Notes: generated from the letters alone by a model not told the origin. Shown: positions 18,711 to 32,313, numbered from the stretch's first letter. The stretch: 64,000 nt of DNA from Myxococcota bacterium (GCA_040386535.1 JAZKFH010000027.1:102548-166547); one strand, 5' to 3'. Numbers and translations: made by a program.

Positions 18711-19502
18711 TCAGATGACCTTGGCTTCTTCGCGCAGGAGGCGGACGAGCTCGGCCGCGACGGTCGCGGCATCGCCCTGGAGGATGCGGCCGGCCGGGCG
18801 CGCAGGGGGGAGGCTCATGGCCTCCTCGACGACGACCGCGGCGCCGGCGCCGACGGTGGAGGCGTCGATCTCGAGGGCCGCGGCGTTCTTCACGACGATC
18901 GGCTTCTTCTTCGCGGCCATGATGCCGGGGAGCGTGGCGTAGCGGGGCTCGTTCAGGCCCTTGTCGCAGGTGATGACGGCGGGGAGGCGCCCGACGACGA
19001 CCTCACGGGTGCCGCCGCCCGCGGCGCGGTGCGCCGTGAACGACTCGCCTTCGATCACGAGCTTGTCGACCCAGCTGGCCTGGCTCCAGGACAGGAGCTC
19101 CGCCATCATCGCGGGGACGGCGCTCGTGTCCGTGTCGACCGACTGGCGGCCGGTCAGAACGAGGCCGATGCCCTCCTGCTTGATGGCGGCCGCGAGGATG
19201 CGGGCGCGCCCGAGCGCGTCGCTGCCGGCAAACGCCGTGTCGTCCAGGCGCACGGCGCGGTCGGCGCCGCGGGCGAGGCCGTCACGGATGCGGGCTTCGG
19301 AGGAGGCTTCCCCGAGCGTGAAGATCACGACCTCGGTGCCCTTTCCGGCCTGCTTCAGACGGATCCCCTCTTCGAGGGCGTACTCGTCGTAGGGGTTGAT
19401 CTCCCACTTCACGTCATCCGTCAGGATGCCCGTGCCGGTCGGGTTGACGCGGATGCGCGTGTCCGTGGCCGGAACTTGTTTGAGGCACACACCGATCTTC
19501 AT
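18711..19502 (-). CDS. etfB: Electron transfer flavoprotein beta subunit
   Basis: 'MKIGVCLKQVP', 'INPYDEYALEE', 'GADRA' and 'NEPRYATLPGIMAAKKKP'. Confidence 0.97.
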   Translation of the reverse strand: MKIGVCLKQVPATDTRIRVNPTGTGILTDDVKWEINPYDEYALEEGIRLKQAGKGTEVVIFTLGEASSEARIRDGLARGADRAVRLDDTAFAGSDALGRARILAAAIKQEGIGLVLTGRQSVDTDTSAVPAMMAELLSWSQASWVDKLVIEGESFTAHRAAGGGTREVVVGRLPAVITCDKGLNEPRYATLPGIMAAKKKPIVVKNAAALEIDASTVGAGAAVVVEEAMSLPPARPAGRILQGDAATVAAELVRLLREEAKVI

Positions 19503-19513
19503 GTTTCCTCCGC

Positions 19514-20176
19514 TCATGGTTCGTCTACTCTGCGAGGAACGGCCGGGACGAGCTCGATCGAGCCCGCCACGGCCATGCCCCGGATGAACACGTCGGCCAC
19601 CGTGTCAGCGGTGACCTCCAACGAAAACTTGTCGCGACGATGTTTCGCCAGCACCCACTGCATGGCCAGCTCGTCGAGCGAGCCGAAGAAGGCCCACATC
19701 AGCACGAAGGGATCGAGGTCGGGGCGCACGGCGCCGCTCTCCTGGCCCTCCCGCACGATGTCCGCGAAGACGCCCAGGTACTCCCAGAGCTTCTCCGGCC
19801 GGTACTCCTTCAGGAACTTGTTCGAGAGGCGCAGCTCGATCTGCAGGACCTCGGCCAGGGCGCGATGGTCCTCGACCTGGCGGAAGTGGTACCGCGCGAA
19901 CACGCGCACCTTCTGCAACGGGTCGGACACGCCCCGGAGGGCCTCCCGCACGCCGTTGATGAGGATCCCCATCTTCTCCTCGAAGATGGTGAGCAACACA
20001 TCGTCTTTATTGCGGAAGTACAGGTAGATGGTGCCGTCGGCCACGCCCGCACGCCGCGCGATGTCGGAGATCCGCGCGTGGTGGAACCCCTTCTCCGCGA
20101 ACACTTCGATGGCCGCGTCGAGGATGAGGTCGTGCTTGTCGGTCCGCTCACGGGCGGCGGGATCCACAGGAGGCAT
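19514..20176 (-). CDS. TetR/AcrR family regulator (FadR/YsiA-like)
   Basis: HTH 'ILDAAIEVFAEKGFH..ISDIARRAGVADGTIYLYFRNKDD' and 'LQIELR'. Directly upstream of etfBA. Confidence 0.9.
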   Translation of the reverse strand: MPPVDPAARERTDKHDLILDAAIEVFAEKGFHHARISDIARRAGVADGTIYLYFRNKDDVLLTIFEEKMGILINGVREALRGVSDPLQKVRVFARYHFRQVEDHRALAEVLQIELRLSNKFLKEYRPEKLWEYLGVFADIVREGQESGAVRPDLDPFVLMWAFFGSLDELAMQWVLAKHRRDKFSLEVTADTVADVFIRGMAVAGSIELVPAVPRRVDEP

Positions 20177-20182
20177 TGGCGA

Positions 20183-20198
20183 CTGAATGGCGATTCAG
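20183..20198. promoter_or_regulatory. Candidate TetR operator CTGAAT-N4-ATTCAG
   Basis: Inverted repeat immediately (6 bp) upstream of the tetR start codon. Confidence 0.55.
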
Positions 20199-20275
20199 CC
20201 GTTTACCCGAACCGCGGGCCCCTCGCAAGCAATAAGGGAGGGGCCCGACCGTCCGTCAGCCTCAAACGTGTGGAA

Positions 20276-20974
20276 TCAGCGGGAAGCACGCTTGGCCTGC
20301 CACCGCTTGACCTGACCCTGGATGTCCTGGTCGGGCACGCCGGCCCAGTCCTTCAGGAACTGGGCGTTGCCCTTGTCCGTGAGGGGGTGGAGGATCATCG
20401 CCTTGAGCACCTTGTAGGGGATCGTGGCGACGTCCGAGCCGGCCTCGGCGGCCTGCACCACGTGGAGCGGGTCGCGGATGGAGGCGGCGAGCACCTCGGT
20501 CTTCAGGTCGGGGTAGTTCATGTAGATGCTGACGATCTGCTGGATGAGCAGCATGCCGTCCTGCCCCATGTCGTCGAGCCGGCCGATGAAGGGCGAGATG
20601 TAGGTCGCGCCGGCCTTGGCGGCGAGCAGCGCCTGGGCGGCCTGGAAGCAGAGCGTCACGTTGACACGGGTGCCCTCGCTCGAGAGCGCCTTGCAGGCCT
20701 TGAGCCCGTCGACCGTGAGCGGCACCTTGACGACCACGTTCTTGTGCACCTGCGCGAGCAGGCGGCCCTCGGCGATCATCGTCGCCGCGTCCTGCGCGAC
20801 GACCTCGGCGCTGACCGGGCCGTCGACCATGCCGCAGATCTGGTGGATGGTGTCGATGAAGTCGCCACCCTCCCGCGCGATCAGCGAGGGGTTGGTGGTG
20901 ACGCCGTCGATGACGCCCCACTGCACGGCGTCGCGAATCTCGTCGAGGTTGGCGGTGTCGAGGAAGATCTTCAT
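20276..20974 (-). CDS. fsa: Transaldolase/fructose-6-phosphate aldolase (TalC/Fsa type)
   Basis: 'MKIFLDTAN', 'GVTTNPSL', 'VVKVP', 'VNVTLCF', '[11 protein letters not shown]' and 'HPLTDKG'. Confidence 0.95.
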   Translation of the reverse strand: MKIFLDTANLDEIRDAVQWGVIDGVTTNPSLIAREGGDFIDTIHQICGMVDGPVSAEVVAQDAATMIAEGRLLAQVHKNVVVKVPLTVDGLKACKALSSEGTRVNVTLCFQAAQALLAAKAGATYISPFIGRLDDMGQDGMLLIQQIVSIYMNYPDLKTEVLAASIRDPLHVVQAAEAGSDVATIPYKVLKAMILHPLTDKGNAQFLKDWAGVPDQDIQGQVKRWQAKRASR

Positions 20975-21001
20975 GCGGATATACCCGGAGAGGGGCGCCA
21001 A

Positions 21002-21574
21002 CTACGCCGTCGTCGGGGCGTTTGCAAGGGTCGGCGTGACACCGGGACGCGGCAACACACCCACGACGGGGAGCGACCCGGTGAGGGGCAGGGTGTCGGC
21101 GTAGCGGAGGCCCGTGTACGGATTGACGGCGTCGGGCCACGCCTCGCGGAGCGGGGTCATGACGAAGGCGCGCTCGACCATGCGGGGGTGGGGGATGCGC
21201 AGGCCGGGCTCGGTGACGACGCGGCGGTCGTACAGGAGCAGGTCGAGATCGATCACGCGGTCCGCCCAGCGCCGCGTGGGGCGGCGGCCGAGGCGCACCT
21301 CGATGGCGCGCAGGATCGGGAGCAGCTCGGTGGGGGTGAGCGTCGTCTCGCCGCCCGTCTGGCCGCCCGTTTCGCCGCCCGTTTCGAAGAGGGCGACCGC
21401 GTTGAAGAACACCGCGCCCGCGGCGCCCCCGACGGCGGCGGACGCGTAGATGCGGCTGGCGCGCACGAGCCGCAGGCCGGCGGTGGCGTCGAGCGCGTGG
21501 AGGGCGAGCCGGATGGAGGCGGCGCGGTCGCCGAGGGAGGCGCCGAAGGCGATCGCCACCGGGACGCGGCTCAT
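21002..21574 (-). CDS. folK: 6-hydroxymethyl-7,8-dihydropterin pyrophosphokinase
   Basis: 'GASLGDR', 'FFNAV', 'IEVRLGR', 'RVIDLDLLLY' and 'LRIPHPRMVERAFV'. ATGA overlap with the upstream gene. Confidence 0.9.
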   Translation of the reverse strand: MSRVPVAIAFGASLGDRAASIRLALHALDATAGLRLVRASRIYASAAVGGAAGAVFFNAVALFETGGETGGQTGGETTLTPTELLPILRAIEVRLGRRPTRRWADRVIDLDLLLYDRRVVTEPGLRIPHPRMVERAFVMTPLREAWPDAVNPYTGLRYADTLPLTGSLPVVGVLPRPGVTPTLANAPTTA

Positions 21575-22455
21575 GGCCGGAGGATCGAGAGCTCGGCCGA
21601 GCGCGCCTTGTCGATCCGCTTCTCCTCGGACGCGGCGGAGCGCACCACGCCGTCGGCGCCGACCACCCAGGCGTCTCCGCGCGGGTTGGCGGGGAGGGGG
21701 ATCCCGAGGGACGCGAGGGCCTCGGGCGAGGCGAGGGGCGCGCCGGTGCTCTCGAAGTAGGCGCGGCACGCGTCGGCCCAGCCGGCCACCAGCTCGTCGT
21801 GGACCATCCGCCCGATCTGTCCGCGTACCTCCTCGGCGATCGCGGGGTTGTCCGTCGTGCGGAGCACGTCTTCCAGGTAGGCCACCGCGGCCTTCCGGTT
21901 GCCGCTCTTCGTGTGCATGCCCGCGGCCGCCGCGGCGTACCAGGGGGGCGCCCCGGGGAGGTGCGCCGCGCGGTCCATCCACACGGTCGCGGCCGCGGTG
22001 TCGTCCCGGTACAGGTACGCGTTCATGGCGAGGCTGAACGGGAAGAAGAAGTCGTCCGGGCGGTTCTCCGCGGCGCGGGTGTAGATCGCGTCGGAGCCCT
22101 CGATGTCGCCGAGGACGCGGAGCAGCGTGCCGCCGTAGAAGTAGGGGGTGCGCCATGTCGGATCGAGCGTGGTCACGGCCTCGATCGTGCGGCGGAACCA
22201 CTCGCGCCAGTGCTCGGGCGCCTCGGCTTCGAACCGATCCCCGAACAGCAGGACGGCGCGCACCCAGAACAGGTCGGCCAGCGGCTCCTCAAAACCGGTC
22301 GCCACGACGCGGGCCTGCGCACCGTCGGGCGCGAAGGCGACCACCTGGTCACTCGTGCGGACCCGCCGGGTCGCGTCCGCTCGCGGCTGGGCCACCAACA
22401 CGGCGGCGGCGCCGGCCAACAAGAGCGCGAGGAGGGCGGCGTGTGCGCGGAACAT
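21571..22455 (-). CDS. Pilus-locus TPR-like exported protein (similar to myxobacterial PilG)
   Basis: Signal/TM segment and 'LADLFWVRAV..FG', 'VTTLDP' motifs. Directly downstream of pilA, as in the myxobacterial pil cluster. Confidence 0.6.
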   Translation of the reverse strand: MFRAHAALLALLLAGAAAVLVAQPRADATRRVRTSDQVVAFAPDGAQARVVATGFEEPLADLFWVRAVLLFGDRFEAEAPEHWREWFRRTIEAVTTLDPTWRTPYFYGGTLLRVLGDIEGSDAIYTRAAENRPDDFFFPFSLAMNAYLYRDDTAAATVWMDRAAHLPGAPPWYAAAAAGMHTKSGNRKAAVAYLEDVLRTTDNPAIAEEVRGQIGRMVHDELVAGWADACRAYFESTGAPLASPEALASLGIPLPANPRGDAWVVGADGVVRSAASEEKRIDKARSAELSILRP

Positions 22456-22497
22456 TCGTGTCGAGTCTATCGGGCGGCGGCGGGAGGTGGGGAGGGG

Positions 22498-22541
22498 CAA
22501 AAACGCGGAAGGCGCGGACACCGAGGTGCCCGCGCCTTCGC
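22498..22541 (-). terminator. Intrinsic terminator after pilA copy 3
   Basis: GAAGGCGCGGACAC-loop-GTGCCCGCGCCTTC stem followed by a T run on the minus strand. A near-identical copy follows pilA copy 2 (~23315-23351). Confidence 0.7.
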
Positions 22542-22570
22542 TTCATCCAGCGAGGCTGGAACCGGGGAGG

Positions 22571-23053
22571 CTAGTAGATGCCTTCGGAGCCGGTCTTGAC
22601 GGTCGCGTTGTACTGGGGGCCGGCGTAGTACTCGACGCGGACGAGGTCGGCGTCGACGTCGGAGGTGCCGGTCACGCAGAAGACGGGGACGCCGGTGCCG
22701 TAGGTGGTCGGGTCCTGCGTGCACTTGACGAGCGTGGCGTCGTACTGGCCGCGCACGGCGCCGTCCGGGCCCCAGCCGAGGCTGGACCACTGGCTGCCGA
22801 CCGCGGTCCAGGCGGTCTGGGCCTTGGCGGTGGTGCCGGCGGGGGACGCGGTGAGGGCGAGGTAGCCGTCGAACGCCGCGTCGTACGCGAGCTCGGCGGT
22901 CTTGATGCCGTCGACGTTGCCGGGGACTTCGGCGCGCTTGGCCTTGTTCTGCATCGTGATGAAGTTCGGGATCGCGATCGCGGCGAGGATGCCGATGATG
23001 GCGACGACGATCATGAGCTCGACGAGAGAGAAGCCCTGTTGGATGCGACGCAT
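22571..23053 (-). CDS. pilA: Type IV major pilin (copy 3)
   Basis: MRRIQQG|FSLVELMIVVAIIGILAAIAIPNF, with two Cys in the C-terminal half. 160 aa, GGAG RBS. Confidence 0.93.
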   Translation of the reverse strand: MRRIQQGFSLVELMIVVAIIGILAAIAIPNFITMQNKAKRAEVPGNVDGIKTAELAYDAAFDGYLALTASPAGTTAKAQTAWTAVGSQWSSLGWGPDGAVRGQYDATLVKCTQDPTTYGTGVPVFCVTGTSDVDADLVRVEYYAGPQYNATVKTGSEGIY

Positions 23054-23123
23054 GTGGTCTCCTGGGAGGTTCGAAGCGGGAGGTTCGAAGCCGCGGCCTG
23101 TTACCGGGTTCGTATTCTGGTAA

Positions 23124-23140
23124 AGCAAGCTGCGTGCCAG
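23124..23140 (-). promoter_or_regulatory. sigma54 -24/-12 promoter of pilA copy 3
   Basis: Minus strand reads CTGGCACG-CAGC-TTGCT, matching consensus TGGCACG-N4-TTGC. Confidence 0.9.
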
Positions 23141-23189
23141 CCAGCGGACGCCTCCCTTCCACGGTCCCAGGCGCCTTTTCCACGGCGAG

Positions 23190-23239
23190 GTGACAATTCT
23201 CGTCACCTGGAGAAGTGTCGCGATTCGTCACCTGACGTC
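23190..23239. promoter_or_regulatory. Putative PilR enhancer (UAS) of pilA copy 3
   Basis: GTGAC-N7-GTCAC palindrome plus ATTCGTCACCTGACGTC. Conserved in all three modules. Confidence 0.7.
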
Positions 23240-23386
23240 GGGGGGCACTTACGCGTCAATCTCCCGGTCACGCCGCCTCGCGCTGAAGACGCGGAGCCTG
23301 GAAACGCAGTGCTGAAAACGCGGAAGGCGCGGACACCGAGGTGCCCGCGCCAACCTTGCATCCAGCGAGGCTGGAACCGGAGAGGG

Positions 23387-23869
23387 CTAGTAGACGCCTT
23401 CGGAGCCGGACTTGACGGTCGCGTTGTACTGGGGACCGGCGTAGTACTCGACGCGGACCAGGTCGGCGTCGACGTCGGAGGTGCCGGTCACGCAGAACAC
23501 GGGGACGCCCGTGCCATAGGTGGTCGGGTCCTGCGTGCACTTGACGAGCGTAGCGTTGTACTGGCCGCGCACCGCGCCGTCCGGGCCCCAGCCGAGGCTG
23601 GACCACTGGCTGCCGACCGCGGTCCAGGCGGTCTGGGCCTTGGCGGTGGTGCCGGCGGGGGACGCGGTGAGGGCGAGGTAGCCGTCGAACGCCGCGTCGT
23701 ACGCGAGCTCGGCGGTCTTGATGCCGTCGACGTTGCCGGGGACTTCGGCGCGCTTGGCCTTGTTCTGCATCGTGATGAAGTTCGGGATCGCGATCGCGGC
23801 GAGGATGCCGATGATGGCGACGACGATCATGAGCTCGACGAGCGAGAAGCCTTGCTGAATGCGACGCAT
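23387..23869 (-). CDS. pilA: Type IV major pilin (copy 2)
   Basis: Same prepilin motif. Differs from copy 3 at only 3 of 160 residues. Confidence 0.93.
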   Translation of the reverse strand: MRRIQQGFSLVELMIVVAIIGILAAIAIPNFITMQNKAKRAEVPGNVDGIKTAELAYDAAFDGYLALTASPAGTTAKAQTAWTAVGSQWSSLGWGPDGAVRGQYNATLVKCTQDPTTYGTGVPVFCVTGTSDVDADLVRVEYYAGPQYNATVKSGSEGVY

Positions 23870-23938
23870 TTAGTCTCCAGAAGTTTTGGCACGGAGTTCG
23901 AAGCCGCGGCCTTCAGCCGGGTTCGTGCTCCGGCGTGC

Positions 23939-23955
23939 TGCAAGCGTCGTGCCAG
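23939..23955 (-). promoter_or_regulatory. sigma54 -24/-12 promoter of pilA copy 2
   Basis: Minus strand reads CTGGCACG-ACGC-TTGCA. Confidence 0.9.
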
Positions 23956-24004
23956 CGGTAGAGCCTCAATTCCTCGAAGGAAAAGGCGGATTTTTGATGG
24001 GAGA

Positions 24005-24053
24005 GTGACAATTCGCGTCACCTCGTCCCCATCGCGATTCGTCACATGACGTC
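24005..24053. promoter_or_regulatory. Putative PilR enhancer (UAS) of pilA copy 2
   Basis: GTGACAATTCGCGTCAC followed by ATTCGTCACATGACGTC. Confidence 0.7.
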
Positions 24054-24125
24054 ATGCGTCACTTGCGCTTCAGTTTCGCATCGCGCCGCACCGAGGTCAC
24101 CCCAGCGAGGCCGGAACCCGAGGGG

Positions 24126-24608
24126 CTAATATACGGCTTCGGACCCGAGCTTGACCGTCGGGTTGTACAGGGGGCCGGCGTAGTACACGACGCGGTTGCT
24201 GTCGGCGTCGACATCGGAGGCGCCCGTCACACAGAAGACGGGGACGTCCGCGGCGTAGGTGGTGGGGTCCTGGTCACACTGGACGAGGGTGGCGCCGTAC
24301 TGGCCGCGCACCTCGCCGTCGGGGCTCCAGCCGAGCCGGGTCCACTCGGTGCCGTTGGCGGTCCAGGTGGTCTGGGCCTTGGCGGGGGTGCCGGTGGGGG
24401 AGGTGGTGAGGGCGAGGTACTCGTCGAACTCCGCGTGGTAGCCGAGCTCGGCGGTCTTGATCCCGTCGACATTGGCGGGGAGCTCGGCGCGCTTGGCCTT
24501 GCTCTGCATCATGAGGAAGTTGGGGATCGCGATCGCGGCGAGGATCCCGATGATGGAGACGACGATCATGAGCTCGACGAGAGAGAAGCCCTGTTGGACA
24601 CGTCGCAT
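24126..24608 (-). CDS. pilA: Type IV major pilin (copy 1, divergent paralog)
   Basis: MRRVQQG|FSLVELMIVVSIIGILAAIAIPNF. 160 aa and colinear with copies 2/3, but with many substitutions in the head. Confidence 0.93.
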   Translation of the reverse strand: MRRVQQGFSLVELMIVVSIIGILAAIAIPNFLMMQSKAKRAELPANVDGIKTAELGYHAEFDEYLALTTSPTGTPAKAQTTWTANGTEWTRLGWSPDGEVRGQYGATLVQCDQDPTTYAADVPVFCVTGASDVDADSNRVVYYAGPLYNPTVKLGSEAVY

Positions 24609-24666
24609 CTGATCTCCGGGAAGGTTCGACGCCGCGGCAGACTACCGGGTTCGTTCTCCGGACGTC

Positions 24667-24683
24667 GGCAAGGGCCGTGCCAG
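24667..24683 (-). promoter_or_regulatory. sigma54 -24/-12 promoter of pilA copy 1
   Basis: Minus strand reads CTGGCACG-GCCC-TTGCC. Confidence 0.88.
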
Positions 24684-24730
24684 ACTCGAGGGGCCGTTTC
24701 CGCCCGGAAAGAGGCGTTTTCGCCAGGAGG

Positions 24731-24779
24731 GTGACACTCCGCGTCACCTGGAGGGCTGCGGGAATCGTCACGTGACGTC
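24731..24779. promoter_or_regulatory. Putative PilR enhancer (UAS) of pilA copy 1
   Basis: GTGACACTCCGCGTCAC followed by AATCGTCACGTGACGTC. Confidence 0.7.
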
Positions 24780-24826
24780 CTGGGGCACCTCGGTGGGCAC
24801 CCTGCCGCGCGGCCCCGGGCTCGCCG

Positions 24827-26249
<1,423 letters not shown>

Positions 26250-26260
<11 letters not shown>

Positions 26261-27776
26261 GCGGGGCCTCGCAGGGGAGCCACAGGTTGAAGCGGGTGCC
26301 GTGGGGATCGGCCGCGGTCACGGAGACGGAGCCGCCGTGGCCGTGCACGATCCGCTCGACCAGCAGGAGGCCGAGCCCCGTGCCGCCGCTGCGGGTGGTG
26401 TAGAAGGGGTCGAAGACGCGCGCGCGCTCCTCGGCGGGGATGCCGATGCCCTCGTCGGAGACGACGATCGCGACGCCGGCGGCGCGTTCGGGCGAGGACG
26501 CGACGGGGAGCACGGACACGGTGACCTGCCCGCCGCGCGGCATGGCCTGGGCGCCGTTGAGCACGAGGTTCCAGAGGGCCTGGCGCACCCGGTCGGGATC
26601 GGCCTCGGCCACCGTCGGCGCACCCTCGCAGCGCACGCCGATCCGGGCCGCGTAGCGCGCGTCCCGCGTGAACGCCTCGCACACCTCGGTCGCGATGGCG
26701 TGTACGTCGATGGGGCGCGGCACCACCACGGGGCGCCGGGCCATGTCGAGGAAGTCCTCCACCAGCCGGTTGAGCCGCTCGGCCTCGATGAGGGCGAGGT
26801 CGGCGAGGCGCGAGGGACGCTCCTCCCGGATGAGCTGGAGCGAGCCGGACATGCTGGCGAGGGGGTTGCGGATCTCGTGCGCGAGGCTCGCCGCGAGCCG
26901 GCCGGCCTCGACCATGCGCTCATCCTGCCGCTTGGCCTCGCGCATGCGGGCGAGCTCGGTCACGTTCTCGAGCACCGCCACCCGGCCGCCGCGCGGGAGG
27001 CCGGCCGCCGTGCACACCCAGCGCTGGCCGTCGGGGCGCCGCTCCTCCCAGGTGCGGTCTCCGGCGGCGCCGATGCCGGGCAGCACCTCGGTGAGGGGCC
27101 TGCCGAGCACGTTCCCGAGCAGGTCGGTCGCGAAGGGGTTGAGACCCACGATCATCCCCGCGGCGTTCGCGGAGACGACGCCCGCGTGCACCCGGTCGAG
27201 CACCGTGTCGTGCTCCGTGGCGAGGATGCGGGAGGACTCCTGCTCCTCCACCAGCGCGGCGCCCGTGCGCGCGAGCAGCTCGCCGAGGTGCCCGGTGAGC
27301 CCCGCCATCAGGAAGAACGCGAAGATGCGGAACATGGCCTCGGACCACGCGAGGACCAGGCCCTCGTTCGTGGCGGGGAGCAGCTCCTCGTGGGCGACGA
27401 GCATCACGAGGAAGCCGACGGTGGCGAACCCGGCCGCCCACATCGCGCCCGGGCGCCGCAGCAGGTAGGCGCCCGCCCCGATGGTCGGGAAGTACAGGAG
27501 GGTGAAGAAGGAGTGGAGCCCGCCCGACATCTCCGAGAGAATGGAGACGACCACCACGTCGAGCGCGAGCTGGACGAGCAGGAAGGCGCGCGACACCACC
27601 CGGTCCCGCGTCGTGAACAGGAGGACCAGGAGGACGCCGAGCACGATGGCGACGACGCGGAACAGCGGGAGTGGCCGCGCGGCCTCGCCGTCGATCACCA
27701 GCCAGATCGCCCAGCCGAGCGTCGCGAGCGCTACCCCCAACCGGTAGACGTTGTAGCGCTGGAAGCTCGCGGACAC
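26250..27776 (-). CDS. pilS: Sensor histidine kinase PilS
   Basis: Multi-TM N-terminus, H-box 'AHEIRNPL', 'NLVLNG', 'DEGIGI' and 'FYTTRSGGTGLGL'. Lies between pilC and pilR. Confidence 0.88.
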
Positions 27777-27780
27777 GGCC

Positions 27781-29004
27781 CTACCCGACGTTCCCCGCCA
27801 TCTCGAAGATCGGCATGTACATCGCGATGACAAGGCCGCCGATCACGATGCCCAGGAAGGCCATGATCATCGGCTCGAGCATGGCGGTCAGGCCGTCGAC
27901 GGCGGTGTCGACCTCGTCATCGTAGAAGTCGGCCACCTTGGTGAGCATCGTGTCGAGCGCGCCCGTGGCCTCGCCGACGCTGATCATCTGGCAGACCATC
28001 TGGGGGAACACCTTGGCCTCCATCAGCGGCTCGGAGATCGTGCGGCCCTCGCTGATGCTGATGGCGACGCGCTCGATCGCGTTCTCGATGACCTTGTTGC
28101 CGGCGGTGCGCCCGCAGATGCCGAGGGCCTCGAGGATTGGCACGCCCGAGGAGATCATCGTGCCGAGCGTGCGGCAGAACCGCGCGACCGCCACCTTGGT
28201 GAGCAGATCGCCGAAGACGGGGAGCTTGAGCAGCAGGCCGTCGAGCATGACCTTGCCGCGCGGGGTCCTGTAGAAGCGCGCCGTGCCGAAGTAGGCCAGC
28301 GTGATGCCGACCATGACGTAGAGGAAGTTGGCCTGGAGCCACTTCGAGAGACCCATGACGATGAGCGTGGGCGCCGGGAGCGCGGACCCGAAGTCGGCGA
28401 ACATGTCCTCGAAGGTGGGGACGACCTTGAGCAGGAGCAGTGTCACGACGGCGAACGCGACGATCATGACGATGACCGGGTAGGACATCGCGCCCTTGAC
28501 CTTGCGGATCAGCTTCTGGTTCTTCTCCAGGTAGGCCGCGAGGCGGGTCATGATCGTGTCGAGCATGCCGCCCACCTCGCCGGCGGCGACGAGGTTGACG
28601 TACAGATCGTCGAACGTGCCGGGGAAGGTGCGCAGCGCGTCCCCGAAGGTGCTCCCGGACTCGACCTTCTCCTTCACCACCTTGAGCTGCGTGCGCAGCG
28701 TCGGGTTCTCGGCCTGGGTGGCCTGGATGTCGATGCACTGCACCAGCGGCAGGCCCGAGTCGATCATCGTGGCGAACTGGCGGGTGAAGATGACGAGGTC
28801 GCGGATCTTGACCTTGGGCTTGAGGAAGTCGGGCGTGGGGATGTTGAACTGGATGTCCAACGCCGACTTGGACTCGGTGAGTGTCGTCGTCTGGACGCGC
28901 ATCTCCCGCAGGCGCTGACGGGCCCCGTTCAGGTCCGCGGCCTCGACCACGCCCTTCTTGGCTTCGCCGCCGGCCGTGCGCCCTTCGTATTTGAAGACAG
29001 CCAT
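27781..29004 (-). CDS. pilC: Type IV pilus inner-membrane platform protein PilC (GspF family)
   Basis: 'FTRQFATMIDSGLPL', 'AGEVGGMLD', 'RFCRTLGTMISSGVPIL', 'VGEATGALD' and 'AMYMPIF'. Confidence 0.95.
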   Translation of the reverse strand: MAVFKYEGRTAGGEAKKGVVEAADLNGARQRLREMRVQTTTLTESKSALDIQFNIPTPDFLKPKVKIRDLVIFTRQFATMIDSGLPLVQCIDIQATQAENPTLRTQLKVVKEKVESGSTFGDALRTFPGTFDDLYVNLVAAGEVGGMLDTIMTRLAAYLEKNQKLIRKVKGAMSYPVIVMIVAFAVVTLLLLKVVPTFEDMFADFGSALPAPTLIVMGLSKWLQANFLYVMVGITLAYFGTARFYRTPRGKVMLDGLLLKLPVFGDLLTKVAVARFCRTLGTMISSGVPILEALGICGRTAGNKVIENAIERVAISISEGRTISEPLMEAKVFPQMVCQMISVGEATGALDTMLTKVADFYDDEVDTAVDGLTAMLEPMIMAFLGIVIGGLVIAMYMPIFEMAGNVG

Positions 29005-29138
29005 CCGAGAAGCCTCCTACACCACCACCACGTCGCCCCGCGAAAAGGGGGCTTCCCCGATCCGAACGTCGATCGGGAGTGTACAGGGGGTGGCCCGCAC
29101 CGCACAAGGCCGATAGACGCCCGCCCCCTGGGGGATCC

Positions 29139-31940
<2,802 letters not shown>

Positions 31941-31947
31941 TCCGCGA

Positions 31948-32313
31948 TCACGACGCGAGCAGGAACGCCACCGCGCCCGCGCTCACGAGCCGGCTCACGA
32001 GGAACACCGTGGTGTAGCGGCTCTCGGCCTTCTGGCGCACGAGCGCGATGGTGCCGAGCACGGCCTGCGCGACGATGGACGCGACGAGGATGCCGAGGAT
32101 CACGAGGTGGCCGGGCACCTGGGGCGCGAGCCAGTACGCGACCGCGCCCGCGACGAGGGCGAGCACCAGGGCGCCGAGGCTCAACATCCGGGTCTGGAGG
32201 AGCGCGGCCTCGATCCGCTCGCGGGACTCGGGGGCGAGCGCGCGGAGGGCCGCGATGTCGAGCACACGGGCGACGACGATGACGGCGAGGGCGAGAAGGG
32301 CGACGAGATCCAT
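31948..32313 (-). CDS. Small 4-TM membrane protein
   Basis: 121 aa with four hydrophobic helices. Confidence 0.65.
   Translation of the reverse strand: MDLVALLALAVIVVARVLDIAALRALAPESRERIEAALLQTRMLSLGALVLALVAGAVAYWLAPQVPGHLVILGILVASIVAQAVLGTIALVRQKAESRYTTVFLVSRLVSAGAVAFLLAS

Noticed and set aside
22571..24608. Neisseria-style silent pilin cassettes
   Set aside because: All three copies have complete prepilin N-termini, RBSs and their own sigma54 promoters.
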